Positions 18,064 to 27,020 of a DNA stretch of 64,000 nt are shown in pieces; position 1 is the stretch's first letter; each line of letters opens with the position of its first letter. The DNA lies in the IMG/VR virus record IMGVR_UViG_3300025133_000067; one strand, 5' to 3'. Origin of the DNA: an uncultured virus (IMG/VR IMGVR_UViG_3300025133_000067) (Duplodnaviria > Heunggongvirae > Uroviricota > Caudoviricetes). The notes under the pieces were generated by a model that saw only the letters and a program-made list of their open reading frames with translations, searched no databases and was not told the DNA's origin. The translations under genes and the position numbers were made by a program.

Positions 18064-18639
18064 TTAAGAATTTATATCTTCTAGTTCTGATTTAACTTTA
18101 CCCCAATAATCTACAGTTGCTGGATTATTTATACCTCTTGGTCCACCATTCCAGCATCTTGCCATTTCTTCTGCAGTTTCTAAGTTGTAATAATCTACAA
18201 ATATATTAAACATTTCTATAGACTTATTTCTATCCCATCTATCATTATATGTATATCTTTTTATTTTACCTTGTCTTTTTAGAATTCTATTAACATCATC
18301 TACCATCGTCTGTCTTATTTGTAAACATCCAACAGCATCTTCTGATTTTCTATATGCAGAATCATTATTACTACTCTCAACATGAATAATAGCATCTAAT
18401 ATATTCATAAATGTATCTCTATATTGATTTATCTGTTGTTTTATCTGATATTCAATAGAGTTAATTTCAAGTTCTTTTATTAAAGAATCTACTTCTGTAA
18501 TTAAACCATTTATTTCTGATGATTTGTCGTTTATTTCTTCTTTATAACTTTCTATTTGATTTTCATAATCTATTGCTCCTTTTGTGACTAATAAAAATGT
18601 TATCAAAAGAAGTGCGTACGGTAATATTAGCTTTTTCAT
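18064..18639 (-). CDS. Lysozyme-fold/lytic transglycosylase with N-terminal TM and coiled coil
   Basis: IHVES (catalytic Glu), AVGCLQI and ARCWNGGP motifs. Confidence 0.8.
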   Translation of the reverse strand: MKKLILPYALLLITFLLVTKGAIDYENQIESYKEEINDKSSEINGLITEVDSLIKELEINSIEYQIKQQINQYRDTFMNILDAIIHVESSNNDSAYRKSEDAVGCLQIRQTMVDDVNRILKRQGKIKRYTYNDRWDRNKSIEMFNIFVDYYNLETAEEMARCWNGGPRGINNPATVDYWGKVKSELEDINS

Positions 18640-18860
18640 AATTTTATAGTTTTATGGTTAATAATTTTGTATTTTTTCTTATAATCGTTAATCATTGATT
18701 CTCCTCCCATACCAAGTTCTTCTATAGTATAATTATTTGGTATAATAGGTTTTCTTGCATTTGCATTATTTATACGGTCTGTACTTTTCTCATTTGGGTA
18801 AACCTCCATATAATATTTCTTGGAGTTTTTACTTTTTCTATATACTACTATTACTAACAT
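18636..18860 (-). CDS. Hypothetical protein
   Basis: Coupled at both ends. Confidence 0.55.
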   Translation of the reverse strand: MLVIVVYRKSKNSKKYYMEVYPNEKSTDRINNANARKPIIPNNYTIEELGMGGESMINDYKKKYKIINHKTIKL

Positions 18861-19468
18861 TATATAGCTAATTCTGAGTTAACCGCTTCAACAATTAAAG
18901 CTTTACCTCTCCTTACTCTATTTTTAACAGTCTGTAGAGATAATTTATGAGATTTTGCAAGGTCTTTATACTTAATACCATTCAACATTCTATCGACTAA
19001 TAAGTCTCTGTACATTGGTTTTAAGTTTCTAATAGCTTGAACTGTCATATCATATTTTAATTGAAGGTAATTATCTTCTTCCATCATATCTTCAAATGAT
19101 TTATCTTCTTCTACATATTCATTATTATTCAAAGTTCCATTTGAATTTATCTCAACTCCAAAATCTTGCATTACAGTAAGAGAAAATGTTTTATTTCTTT
19201 CATTTAGATAGCCTAGTGCCGCATTAAAACCTATCTTATAAAGCCATGTCGTTATCATTGCCTTTTTAGGGTCATATAACTCCACTTTAGTCCATAACTT
19301 AGTTAATGACTGCACTGCTAAATCTTCAGCGATTTCCCAGTCATTAACAATTTTGTTAATATGAGAAGTTAATCCTGGTTTAATTCTATTGTATAGAACT
19401 GCAAAGGATTCTGGGCTTCTAGTTTCTAAATAGTCTGCTGTCATTTGTCTGTAAGTCTTTTTTGTCAT
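18860..19468 (-). CDS. RNA polymerase sigma factor (sigma70/ECF-like); candidate middle-gene sigma
   Basis: Region 2 (AEDLA....KLW......YDP......TWLYKI..N) and region 4 HTH (L.P.YR......KYKDLA......TVKNRVRRGK). Confidence 0.88.
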   Translation of the reverse strand: MTKKTYRQMTADYLETRSPESFAVLYNRIKPGLTSHINKIVNDWEIAEDLAVQSLTKLWTKVELYDPKKAMITTWLYKIGFNAALGYLNERNKTFSLTVMQDFGVEINSNGTLNNNEYVEEDKSFEDMMEEDNYLQLKYDMTVQAIRNLKPMYRDLLVDRMLNGIKYKDLAKSHKLSLQTVKNRVRRGKALIVEAVNSELAI

Positions 19469-19504
19469 CTTTTAATTTTTAGTTATTATTATGCCGTTTT
19501 TTAA

Positions 19505-19560
19505 TATAATACAAATATAAACAATTTATTTGACATAAAAAAATCTGGCGTGATTATTTT
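19505..19560 (-). promoter_or_regulatory. Class I promoter repeat, copy 3 (drives the sigma factor)
   Basis: Minus strand AAAATAATCACGCCAGATTTTTTTATGTCAAATAAATTGTTTATATTTGTA. Confidence 0.7.
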
Positions 19561-19996
19561 TAATTTTTTTTCCGTTAAGCGGTAATCTTATAATTATATC
19601 GTTAAATTGATTATGTAAAGAAGCTCCACTGTATTCTCCAATACCTAACCAACTTTGAGTCAACGCGCTTTTTCCATTTTCAAAAATACTCATTGCTAAA
19701 TCATGGTCATATAGACATATTTCATTTGTTTTTCTGTCAGTATACGATACCCAAAGATTTCTACCTTTGTATTTTCTATTGATTACTGCACGAGAACCTT
19801 TAAGCTGAATAGATATAGTTTCTCCTGTACTGATATGATATGCAATCATATCAGCTCCGTGTTTGTCTGCTGTTATTAAATTACATGAGAAGCCATAATC
19901 TGCAAGAACTGAAGCAGTTTTAGCAAAATTATATACTTCTTGTTCTTTTCCGATTAAACTATTATAGTTTACTTTTTCTTTAAATAAGTGTTCCAT
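19526..19996 (-). CDS. Putative restriction-endonuclease-fold (PD-(D/E)XK-like) protein
   Basis: GADMIAY...ISIQLKG (D...QxK) motif. Confidence 0.5.
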   Translation of the reverse strand: MEHLFKEKVNYNSLIGKEQEVYNFAKTASVLADYGFSCNLITADKHGADMIAYHISTGETISIQLKGSRAVINRKYKGRNLWVSYTDRKTNEICLYDHDLAMSIFENGKSALTQSWLGIGEYSGASLHNQFNDIIIRLPLNGKKIKNNHARFFYVK

Positions 19997-19997
19997 T

Positions 19998-20189
19998 TTA
20001 ATAATCGTTTTTAAGTTTCATTTCATGCCATTCTTGAGCAAACCAGCACATCATCTTCTTTTCTTTTTTGAGCATACGTTTTGATATTTCAATAGCGTAT
20101 TTTAATCCTGGTTTCACAATTTCAAGTTCTAGTTCAGATTCGAATTGCTCAATTAACTCTTTAATTGGTGTTTTAATTTTGTTTTCCAT
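19998..20189 (-). CDS. Hypothetical protein
   Basis: KTPIKELIE...KEK pattern of small phage proteins. Confidence 0.5.
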   Translation of the reverse strand: MENKIKTPIKELIEQFESELELEIVKPGLKYAIEISKRMLKKEKKMMCWFAQEWHEMKLKNDY

Positions 20190-20255
20190 ATTAGTATGTT
20201 TTTGTTATATTAGTATAATTACATACTTTATGGAAAATTTACATAAAATCTACAT

Positions 20256-20996
20256 TTATTTTTTATTTTTCATAGTTGGTGTTAACCATAATTCTCCTCC
20301 AAACATAATTTCTAATAACCGTGGTTCAATCTGGTCAATTCTGTTGAACAATCTTAATGAAGCTACAGTATCATGTTTCATCATTTTAGTAATTTCACCT
20401 TGAATTCTTTCTGTAGAAACCACCGACTCTAATTTATTTAATAAACCTGGAGTAAACATAGCTTTCCATAATTCATCATCAATTTTAAAGTTTTTAGTGA
20501 TTGAAAATCTTAAAGCCCGTATCAATCTTAAAGGGTCATCAAGGAGTGTTATAACTGGGTCTAGCGGTGTTCTCAGAACACCTCTCTTTAAGTCTTTTAT
20601 ACCATTAAATAAATCAATTACCTCACCATCTAATGATTTAGCCAGTGAATTAACTGTGAAATCTCTTCGGGTTAAATCATCTTCTAATGTACCTAATTCC
20701 AACACAGGACGTCTAGTTCCTTCAATAACTCCAACTTCTTTTCTTGCCATTACAAAATCTGCAACAAGACCTTCATGTTGATGTCCTCTAGGAAACATAG
20801 CTCTAACTGTAAAACAATCTTCAGTTTTCAAAAAGATTTTGAAACCTTCAGTTTCTAAATGAGAAACCATAGACTTAAAACCGCCTTCAACAGTTCCAGT
20901 TAAATCATCTAATACGAATGTAAAATCAATATCGTTAGTGTGTACGTTTAGCATTTCATCTCTTACGCAACCTCCGACTTCAAATATTTTAGGCAT
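20256..20996 (-). CDS. cca: tRNA nucleotidyltransferase (CCA-adding enzyme, class II, minimal)
   Basis: VGGCVRD, DIDF, RRDFTVNS, DDPLRLIRALRF and STERI motifs. Confidence 0.92.
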   Translation of the reverse strand: MPKIFEVGGCVRDEMLNVHTNDIDFTFVLDDLTGTVEGGFKSMVSHLETEGFKIFLKTEDCFTVRAMFPRGHQHEGLVADFVMARKEVGVIEGTRRPVLELGTLEDDLTRRDFTVNSLAKSLDGEVIDLFNGIKDLKRGVLRTPLDPVITLLDDPLRLIRALRFSITKNFKIDDELWKAMFTPGLLNKLESVVSTERIQGEITKMMKHDTVASLRLFNRIDQIEPRLLEIMFGGELWLTPTMKNKK

Positions 20997-21019
20997 AGTT
21001 TTTGTTTTTATCTTTAATT

Positions 21020-21103
21020 ATAGTATAAATATAAACAATTTTTACGACATAAAAAAATTCGGAGTGAGTTATTTTCAATAATTTTCAAAAGTTATTAACA
21101 ATT
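21020..21103 (-). promoter_or_regulatory. Class I promoter repeat, copy 4
   Basis: Same element upstream of the CCA enzyme gene. Confidence 0.7.
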
Positions 21104-21108
21104 TGTTG

Positions 21109-21180
21109 TACTCCCTAAGAGAATCGAACTCTTATTTGCGAGATGAAAACCCGCTGTCCTAACCACTAGACGACCGGAGC
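21109..21180 (-). tRNA. tRNA-Glu (TTC), no encoded CCA
   Basis: GCTCCGGTCGTCTAGTGGTTAGGACAGCGGG-TTTTCAT-CTCGCAAATAAGAG-TTCGATT-CTCTTAGGGAGTA: D-arm, anticodon arm and T-arm all fold. Confidence 0.85.
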
Positions 21181-21185
21181 TAAGT

Positions 21186-21701
21186 TTATTTAATATCTGT
21201 AAAGAAGTCTTTTATCTTCTTAAGTTCTACTGGTTTGAAACTCCAATAATCACAACTAACATTTATGATATTATTTTTATGATTACTTTTATATTTAGCT
21301 CCAGGAAATGCAGTCACTAAATGATACCCTTTTCTTTTATTATACCATTCGCATAATGGCCAATGAGATAAACACAACTCATGTTTAATATCAACATGTA
21401 TATCAAAGTCACAAATATTTAATTTGAATTCATGAAGTTCTGCTATTTCTACAGTTGCATGGTCATATTCTCCTTTAATTAAATGAATAGTTCCATTTAA
21501 TCTTCTGACAATTTCATCAGATGTTATCGGGTCCCATGCAAAGTTTCCTAAAACATAAACATGGTCATCAATAGACACAACAGAATTCCAAGCGTGAATC
21601 ATTGCATCATCCATACTTACAACATCTTCAAATGGTCTATTGAATTTATTTATAGCACCTTTTCTTCCAAATTGTTGATTTCCTGTTGCAAATATCTTCA
21701 T
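21186..21701 (-). CDS. Calcineurin-like metallophosphoesterase homolog with degenerate metal ligands
   Basis: Scaffold retained (RPF..V..MD..MI..WN.VV...D.VY.LG), but DxH->NQQ, GD->GN and GNHD->GEYD. Confidence 0.7.
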   Translation of the reverse strand: MKIFATGNQQFGRKGAINKFNRPFEDVVSMDDAMIHAWNSVVSIDDHVYVLGNFAWDPITSDEIVRRLNGTIHLIKGEYDHATVEIAELHEFKLNICDFDIHVDIKHELCLSHWPLCEWYNKRKGYHLVTAFPGAKYKSNHKNNIINVSCDYWSFKPVELKKIKDFFTDIK

Positions 21702-22237
21702 TATACTACTAAAAATTTAATATTAAAATTATTCCATAGTTTCTCAAGGAATGATTGTTCTGCTACTGATGTCGCTCCATTTACTATTTTCTTCTCATCT
21801 GATGTATCAATAAACATATAAATTACAAAATCATATGCTGTTGAATAAATCAAAGATTGTCCAAATCCATCACGCAATGATGAACCACTATAACCTTTCT
21901 TAAATTCTATAGCAACTCTAACTCCATTAGTTTCAATAGTCATATCTGGTCTATTAGAAGTACCCATAAAATGGATATTTTTAACTGTTGTTTTTACATT
22001 ACCTTCCCATTTGACCATGGTCTTAACTTTTTTACGAGCAAGACCAGGTTCAAATCCCTTAGATTCTGTAATCCATTTAGATAAGCTATTTAGAAGATTT
22101 GGATATATGAATTGTTTTATCTTGTCCTCGCTTTGATTCCTATAATCAATTGTCTCAAAGATTTCATGACTTGTTATACCTTCTTCAATAACACTAAGTA
22201 GTTTTAATCTCTTTTTTGACTTACTCGACAACTTCAT
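21701..22237 (-). CDS. PD-(D/E)XK restriction-endonuclease-like protein
   Basis: NRPD...VAIEFK and GQ..IY; start reassigned to MKLSSKSKK. Confidence 0.6.
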   Translation of the reverse strand: MKLSSKSKKRLKLLSVIEEGITSHEIFETIDYRNQSEDKIKQFIYPNLLNSLSKWITESKGFEPGLARKKVKTMVKWEGNVKTTVKNIHFMGTSNRPDMTIETNGVRVAIEFKKGYSGSSLRDGFGQSLIYSTAYDFVIYMFIDTSDEKKIVNGATSVAEQSFLEKLWNNFNIKFLVV

Positions 22238-22763
22238 CCGCTTCCACTTTTTCTGTAGACATATCCTCAACCGACTTATCAAGTTCAGCTAGTTGAATAT
22301 GCATATTTTGTATTTCTTTATTAGCCTTTGCCATTTTTTCCATAGCATCACTAATTTGAGAACCAATATCAGTTAATAATGTTATAAAAGACCTTGCGTC
22401 TACCATTCCAATTCCTTCAAAAGAAGCGAAAGATTTATAAAGAGAATTCAAATCAATTGAATTTAACATAACTTTTGCGCCTTTTTCTTCTTCAGCTCTA
22501 ATTCTAACTTTTTCAATTTTAATATTATCGTAAAGATTAAGTAGAAGTGCAGCATCTTTAATAGTCCATTTGCAATTTTTATCAAGATGTTTAAGTATTT
22601 TTGTGATATTAGCGGTTGAATCAAAATCTACAGAATATTTTTCTTTAGCAAGTTTCTCCTGTACTTTGTTTACTTCTTTTTCAAAAGCATCTCTTTCTTT
22701 TGTTAACTCTTCTAAAGTTTTTGGTTTATTTTCTACCGTTGTCATTTGTTTAGTTTTAGCCAT
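22221..22763 (-). CDS. Hypothetical coiled-coil protein
   Basis: Long helical ORF within an operon. Confidence 0.6.
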   Translation of the reverse strand: MAKTKQMTTVENKPKTLEELTKERDAFEKEVNKVQEKLAKEKYSVDFDSTANITKILKHLDKNCKWTIKDAALLLNLYDNIKIEKVRIRAEEEKGAKVMLNSIDLNSLYKSFASFEGIGMVDARSFITLLTDIGSQISDAMEKMAKANKEIQNMHIQLAELDKSVEDMSTEKVEADEVVE

Positions 22764-22782
22764 TTTTGTTTTATTTAATTTA

Positions 22783-23268
22783 TTAAAAGTTTGGGTTAGT
22801 TATTTTACAATCAAATTGAGAAAAGTTTAAGAATTGTTTTTCGTCATCAGCAACTCTTCTCATTACGTCATCATTTTCATCATTCCTTTCAGTGATTCTA
22901 GTGATTCTAGTTTCTAATGGAATATCTAAGTATATTACAAAGCATCTAGTCGCATATTCTTTAGGTAATAGTTTGATGGCTTCAGCGTTCATAATCATTA
23001 CATCAGATTTTTCAAATTCATTCTTTGTAATACCATATCGCCATCCATTGAAGGATTGAAATTCTACAAATTGGTCTTCTTTGATTAGTTTATTGAATTC
23101 TTTGTCAGATTTGAAATAGTAGTCTACTCCTTCTTTTTCATTATCCTTGATTCTTTTAAGTCTTGTAGTACATGATATACCAAAATTAAAGCCTTTATCC
23201 ATCATACGCTTTCTAAAAAAATCTTTACCAGCTGCGGCTTTTCCTACTAGTACTATTTTACTTGACAT
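22783..23268 (-). CDS. gmk: Guanylate kinase
   Basis: GKAAAGKD P-loop; TTR..R...E..GVDYYF; YG. Confidence 0.88.
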   Translation of the reverse strand: MSSKIVLVGKAAAGKDFFRKRMMDKGFNFGISCTTRLKRIKDNEKEGVDYYFKSDKEFNKLIKEDQFVEFQSFNGWRYGITKNEFEKSDVMIMNAEAIKLLPKEYATRCFVIYLDIPLETRITRITERNDENDDVMRRVADDEKQFLNFSQFDCKITNPNF

Positions 23269-23297
23269 TCATTAATTGTTTAGGGTTATTATATATC

Positions 23298-23534
23298 TTA
23301 TTTTAATCTGTGTATTATAAACTCCTTAATAAAGAAAAATACCCAAATTGGCCATGTAATAATAATATAAATAAGTTGACTTATTGTATATTCTTCTAAT
23401 CCTCTTAAATATTCTTCTTTTTCTTTTTTTGTCATATCATCCATATTTACGCCTGGTAAAAAGTCATGTATTATTTTCATAAAAAATGACCATACAACCC
23501 CAATAATAAAATAGGTTGATATAAAATCAAGCAT
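23298..23534 (-). CDS. Small two-TM membrane protein
   Basis: Two hydrophobic segments, ITWP. Confidence 0.55.
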   Translation of the reverse strand: MLDFISTYFIIGVVWSFFMKIIHDFLPGVNMDDMTKKEKEEYLRGLEEYTISQLIYIIITWPIWVFFFIKEFIIHRLK

Positions 23535-23745
23535 TTTCTTTAATTTTCAAATCTTGCGCTGGTGAAAATAAAAGTTTTGATAATATTAAGATACCTAGTG
23601 TTTGCCAGAAAGAAATTTGGTTGATTCCTTCTGCTGCTCCGAATAGAGCGTTATTCCAAAGCCATTGAACTGGCCATGTAATTATGAACATTAAAAATGC
23701 TGCTATTACTAATGCTCCTGCTGCTGTTAAAATACTTTTAATCAT
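23527..23745 (-). CDS. Small membrane protein
   Basis: WLWN...ISFWQTLGILILSKLLF pattern; class II promoter at 23767-23793. Confidence 0.6.
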   Translation of the reverse strand: MIKSILTAAGALVIAAFLMFIITWPVQWLWNNALFGAAEGINQISFWQTLGILILSKLLFSPAQDLKIKENA

Positions 23746-23791
23746 AGAATTTATTTTTTCTTTGATATTATATATGAGATATTAAAAATGT

Positions 23792-26689
23792 TTATGTTGT
23801 TATATCATCTACATCTTGGACGGTAATTGGTAATCCAAGTCTTTCTTCAATTTGAGTAAGAGCAGTCGTAATTGAATGGAAATTCGTTACTTTAACTTCT
23901 TGAGTTCCTGCCATCGCATCCATATTATCCGCAGCTTGTTCTGTATTCTTTTGAAGTACTTTCTTAAGAGCTTCTACAGTATCTACTATTATATTTCCGC
24001 TACCTTCTTGAGCAGCTGTTTGTTCATCTACTGCCTCTTCTAATCTTACAACAACACTTGCAAGTTCTTTAGTTGCCTTAAATAATTCTTCAGCTAATAT
24101 TTTCATTACATTATCTCCTTCAGCTTCTGCCAAATCAGTTAAAGCTCTAAACATTCTAGTAGTTGCGTTAACTGCTTTAATATTTACTTTATTAGTATGT
24201 CTTGTAAATTTACCATAAGACCTTTCCATATTTTCTAATGAACGTGAATGATGTCTCATCGCGTGAGCATGTTTCATATCCATAAATACAAGAAGTGGTT
24301 GAACAGCCATCGCTAATCCTTTAGCTTGTTTCGCAATTACAACAAATGACCTTGCGATAGATTTAATTGGAGATTCTAAAATTGCAAGTTGTCTAAATTG
24401 ATTAAATAATTCTGAAGTTAAGAAAACATCACCAACTCCAATTTTATCAGCAGTATTCATTATTGAAAAGAATGACATTGCTATAGATCGAATAGAGTCA
24501 GCAGATTTTTTAAGTATCATTTGTGGTATTATTGACGCAAGCATAGAAACTGGACTTAATGCGCGTATAAATTCCTCTGCATGTGATGATATGCTTGCTA
24601 CCGCATTTTGAACCATAACCATTGCATTTGCTATTCCAGCAAGTCTGGAAAGTGCATTAAACATTGCAACTGAAGCCCAGACAGCTTCTATATTAGTTTT
24701 ATGTGTACTTTGGGCAAATTCACCATAAGCGTCTGCGACAATTCTTAAATGATTTGCTAAATTAACCATCAAATCAGTTTTAGCCATTAAATTATGTAAT
24801 GGTCGAAAAGCTGTTCTTAGAGCTCCTGCGTTTTTACCGATAGCTTTAAACGCATCTCTAATTCTTTCTAATTGGGATGCTGGAGAAGTAAGGTTATAAT
24901 ATGATAATTTCTTAGCTGCACCAATTGCTGCGATAAAAGGTTCTAAACCTTTAACGCTCATTGCGGCAGCAATTTGTCCAAGTGGCCCAGCTAGTTTTCT
25001 AATTGTACCAGCATGATCAGCTAGTCCTTCAAGTATCGTGAATGGAGTTTCTTCTTCATTTCCAAATATCCAATTAATAGCTCCAGAAATTGCCTTACCA
25101 ACCGCAGCAATAACGCCACCCACAGCTCCACCTGCTACCGCAATACTTAATGCCATCCAAGCTCCTGCAATTGCTAATATTCCTCCAGCAAGAGGAACCA
25201 TTGATTCAACGCCTATTTCATCTTTGAATCGAACTAATGCATCAATCATCGCATGTATTGGAGACATAAGACCTCTTGCTAATTTATCCATTGCTCCTAC
25301 ATTTACATCTGGTAATTTACTAAATATCCATGCAACTACCCAAATAACACCAGCTACAAGTATCATACCAACAGCTCCTAATAATAATCCAACTGGAGTT
25401 AATAGCATTGCAATTCCTCCAATAACAGCTAGTGGTATTGAAAATAAGAATAAAGATAACGCAGCATTGAAAGACCAATCTAATGGTGGTGAAATCCAAG
25501 CATCTGGCAATACACTAAAAATCCAAGCGACCGCTAAAATACCAATCGCAACCGCAACAAGACCTAATAACCCTTTCATCATTCCTGATACTCCAACTAC
25601 TTTACTAGCGAGAGCAATTGCAATAAAACCAAAAGAGAATACAAATAAAGATAATCCAACTTTAAGAGACCATTCAACCTCTGGAGATTTATATTCATCT
25701 GGTAATAATTTAGTTATCCATGCGGCAGCTACAAGACCTAATGCAACTATTGGAATTGCAAATACAGCTAATAACATACCCTTTGGTCCTAAACTTTTAA
25801 CAGCATTTGCTAATAATGCAAAAGTACCAGCAAATACAAAAAGTGCTAAACCTACTTTAAGAGACCATTCTATTGGTGGTGAAACAAATTTACTAGGTAA
25901 TAATTGCATAATATATGCGGCAGCTACAAGACCTAATGCAATTGCAGCCATTGCAACTGGAACCATTGCAAGAGTTTTCATACCCTTTGCGTCCATTGTA
26001 ATTTTATTTTTAGTCAAAGCCTTAAGAATAAGACCAATAGACCATGAAACTGGAATAAAAATTACAGCAATTGCTAATGCTGTAACGAATGTTTGAAGAT
26101 TTATAGGTACCATTAATTGAAAAACCCATGATGCTAATACAAGACCCACTGCCATACCTACCATTGCTAAAACAGCAATACCAACTACTTGAAGTGCAGC
26201 CGCAGGACTAAACCCTGTTATTTTACTTGCAATACCACCAGTCATTCCTGATTTCTGTACAGCTTCTGTTAATTTTATGAAAGGTGGAATAATAACCCAA
26301 AATAAAGCCACCAAAGCTAATGCTGTTAAGAATTGTGCGATATTAGGAACCGGCATAATAGATAATAAACCAGCAGAAATAAGTAAAGCTGCCGCAATAC
26401 CGACAACCGCAAAAGCAGCTGTGGCAAAAGCACCAAGACCTGGTATTTTCATACCTCCAGATTTTACTGATTCATTTTTCTGGTTAGCTTGTTGTTTCAA
26501 AAGGTCTCTAATTTCACCAAGAATTACAGTGTGCCTTTTTATTTCTGCAGAAGTCTTATCTGCCGCCTTTTTCAAATCAATAGTTATAACAGAATGAATT
26601 TCTGATGTCGCCAACATGATAGATTCATTGGTCGTCGCTATTTGTTGTAATGGGCTTTGAAGTAAAGCTATTTCTTTATTGCTCTTCAT
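23792..26689 (-). CDS. Tape measure protein (putative)
   Basis: 965 aa, Ala-rich and helical with hydrophobic repeats (P...SP..EWSLKVGL); follows tube and chaperone genes; late motif at 26721-26728. Confidence 0.7.
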   Translation of the reverse strand: MKSNKEIALLQSPLQQIATTNESIMLATSEIHSVITIDLKKAADKTSAEIKRHTVILGEIRDLLKQQANQKNESVKSGGMKIPGLGAFATAAFAVVGIAAALLISAGLLSIMPVPNIAQFLTALALVALFWVIIPPFIKLTEAVQKSGMTGGIASKITGFSPAAALQVVGIAVLAMVGMAVGLVLASWVFQLMVPINLQTFVTALAIAVIFIPVSWSIGLILKALTKNKITMDAKGMKTLAMVPVAMAAIALGLVAAAYIMQLLPSKFVSPPIEWSLKVGLALFVFAGTFALLANAVKSLGPKGMLLAVFAIPIVALGLVAAAWITKLLPDEYKSPEVEWSLKVGLSLFVFSFGFIAIALASKVVGVSGMMKGLLGLVAVAIGILAVAWIFSVLPDAWISPPLDWSFNAALSLFLFSIPLAVIGGIAMLLTPVGLLLGAVGMILVAGVIWVVAWIFSKLPDVNVGAMDKLARGLMSPIHAMIDALVRFKDEIGVESMVPLAGGILAIAGAWMALSIAVAGGAVGGVIAAVGKAISGAINWIFGNEEETPFTILEGLADHAGTIRKLAGPLGQIAAAMSVKGLEPFIAAIGAAKKLSYYNLTSPASQLERIRDAFKAIGKNAGALRTAFRPLHNLMAKTDLMVNLANHLRIVADAYGEFAQSTHKTNIEAVWASVAMFNALSRLAGIANAMVMVQNAVASISSHAEEFIRALSPVSMLASIIPQMILKKSADSIRSIAMSFFSIMNTADKIGVGDVFLTSELFNQFRQLAILESPIKSIARSFVVIAKQAKGLAMAVQPLLVFMDMKHAHAMRHHSRSLENMERSYGKFTRHTNKVNIKAVNATTRMFRALTDLAEAEGDNVMKILAEELFKATKELASVVVRLEEAVDEQTAAQEGSGNIIVDTVEALKKVLQKNTEQAADNMDAMAGTQEVKVTNFHSITTALTQIEERLGLPITVQDVDDITT

Positions 26690-26768
26690 ATATTGATTAT
26701 GGTATTTCTTTTACCTATAGTATATATCCAAAAAATCCATCTACTAAGATGGATTCTAAGGATTACTA

Positions 26769-27020
26769 TTACCCCATTTTGGGTATTTTCATGCTCGGTA
26801 TTTTCATATTCGGCATTTTCATATTGCTCATAGCACCGCCTGTTTTATCTTGCTGAGCTTTGTTTTGGTCTGCTTCACGTTTTAGGTGATCGACAAGTTC
26901 CTTAACAAGATAGGAGAATTCATAATATTCCATATTATCAAGCTCCGAAGGCTGCAGGTGTAGTTTAAGATATACGTAAAACTTCGTCTTAAAGAAGTTC
27001 TCCAGCGATATCTTGAACAA
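26769..27020 (-). CDS. gp51-like baseplate hub/tail assembly chaperone (TTG start or frameshift product)
   Basis: ISLENFFKTKF...LHLQPSELDNMEYYE..YLV..L resembles T4-like gp51; overlaps the end of the upstream gene in the +1 frame. Confidence 0.55.
   Translation of the reverse strand: MFKISLENFFKTKFYVYLKLHLQPSELDNMEYYEFSYLVKELVDHLKREADQNKAQQDKTGGAMSNMKMPNMKIPSMKIPKMG

Noticed and set aside
3550..21103. Dispersed repeats as a CRISPR array, MITE or att sites
   Set aside because: Copies are kilobases apart, all directly upstream of starts, with no terminal inverted repeats, transposase or integrase; a promoter cassette fits better.
22238..22282. Track N-terminal extensions of 21701..22282 (and 16989..17246)
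   Set aside because: Downstream ATGs reduce the overlaps and give typical MK starts.
25038..26096. 352-aa plus-strand ORF
   Set aside because: Antisense shadow of the hydrophobic tape measure gene; composition mirrors the opposite-strand codons.
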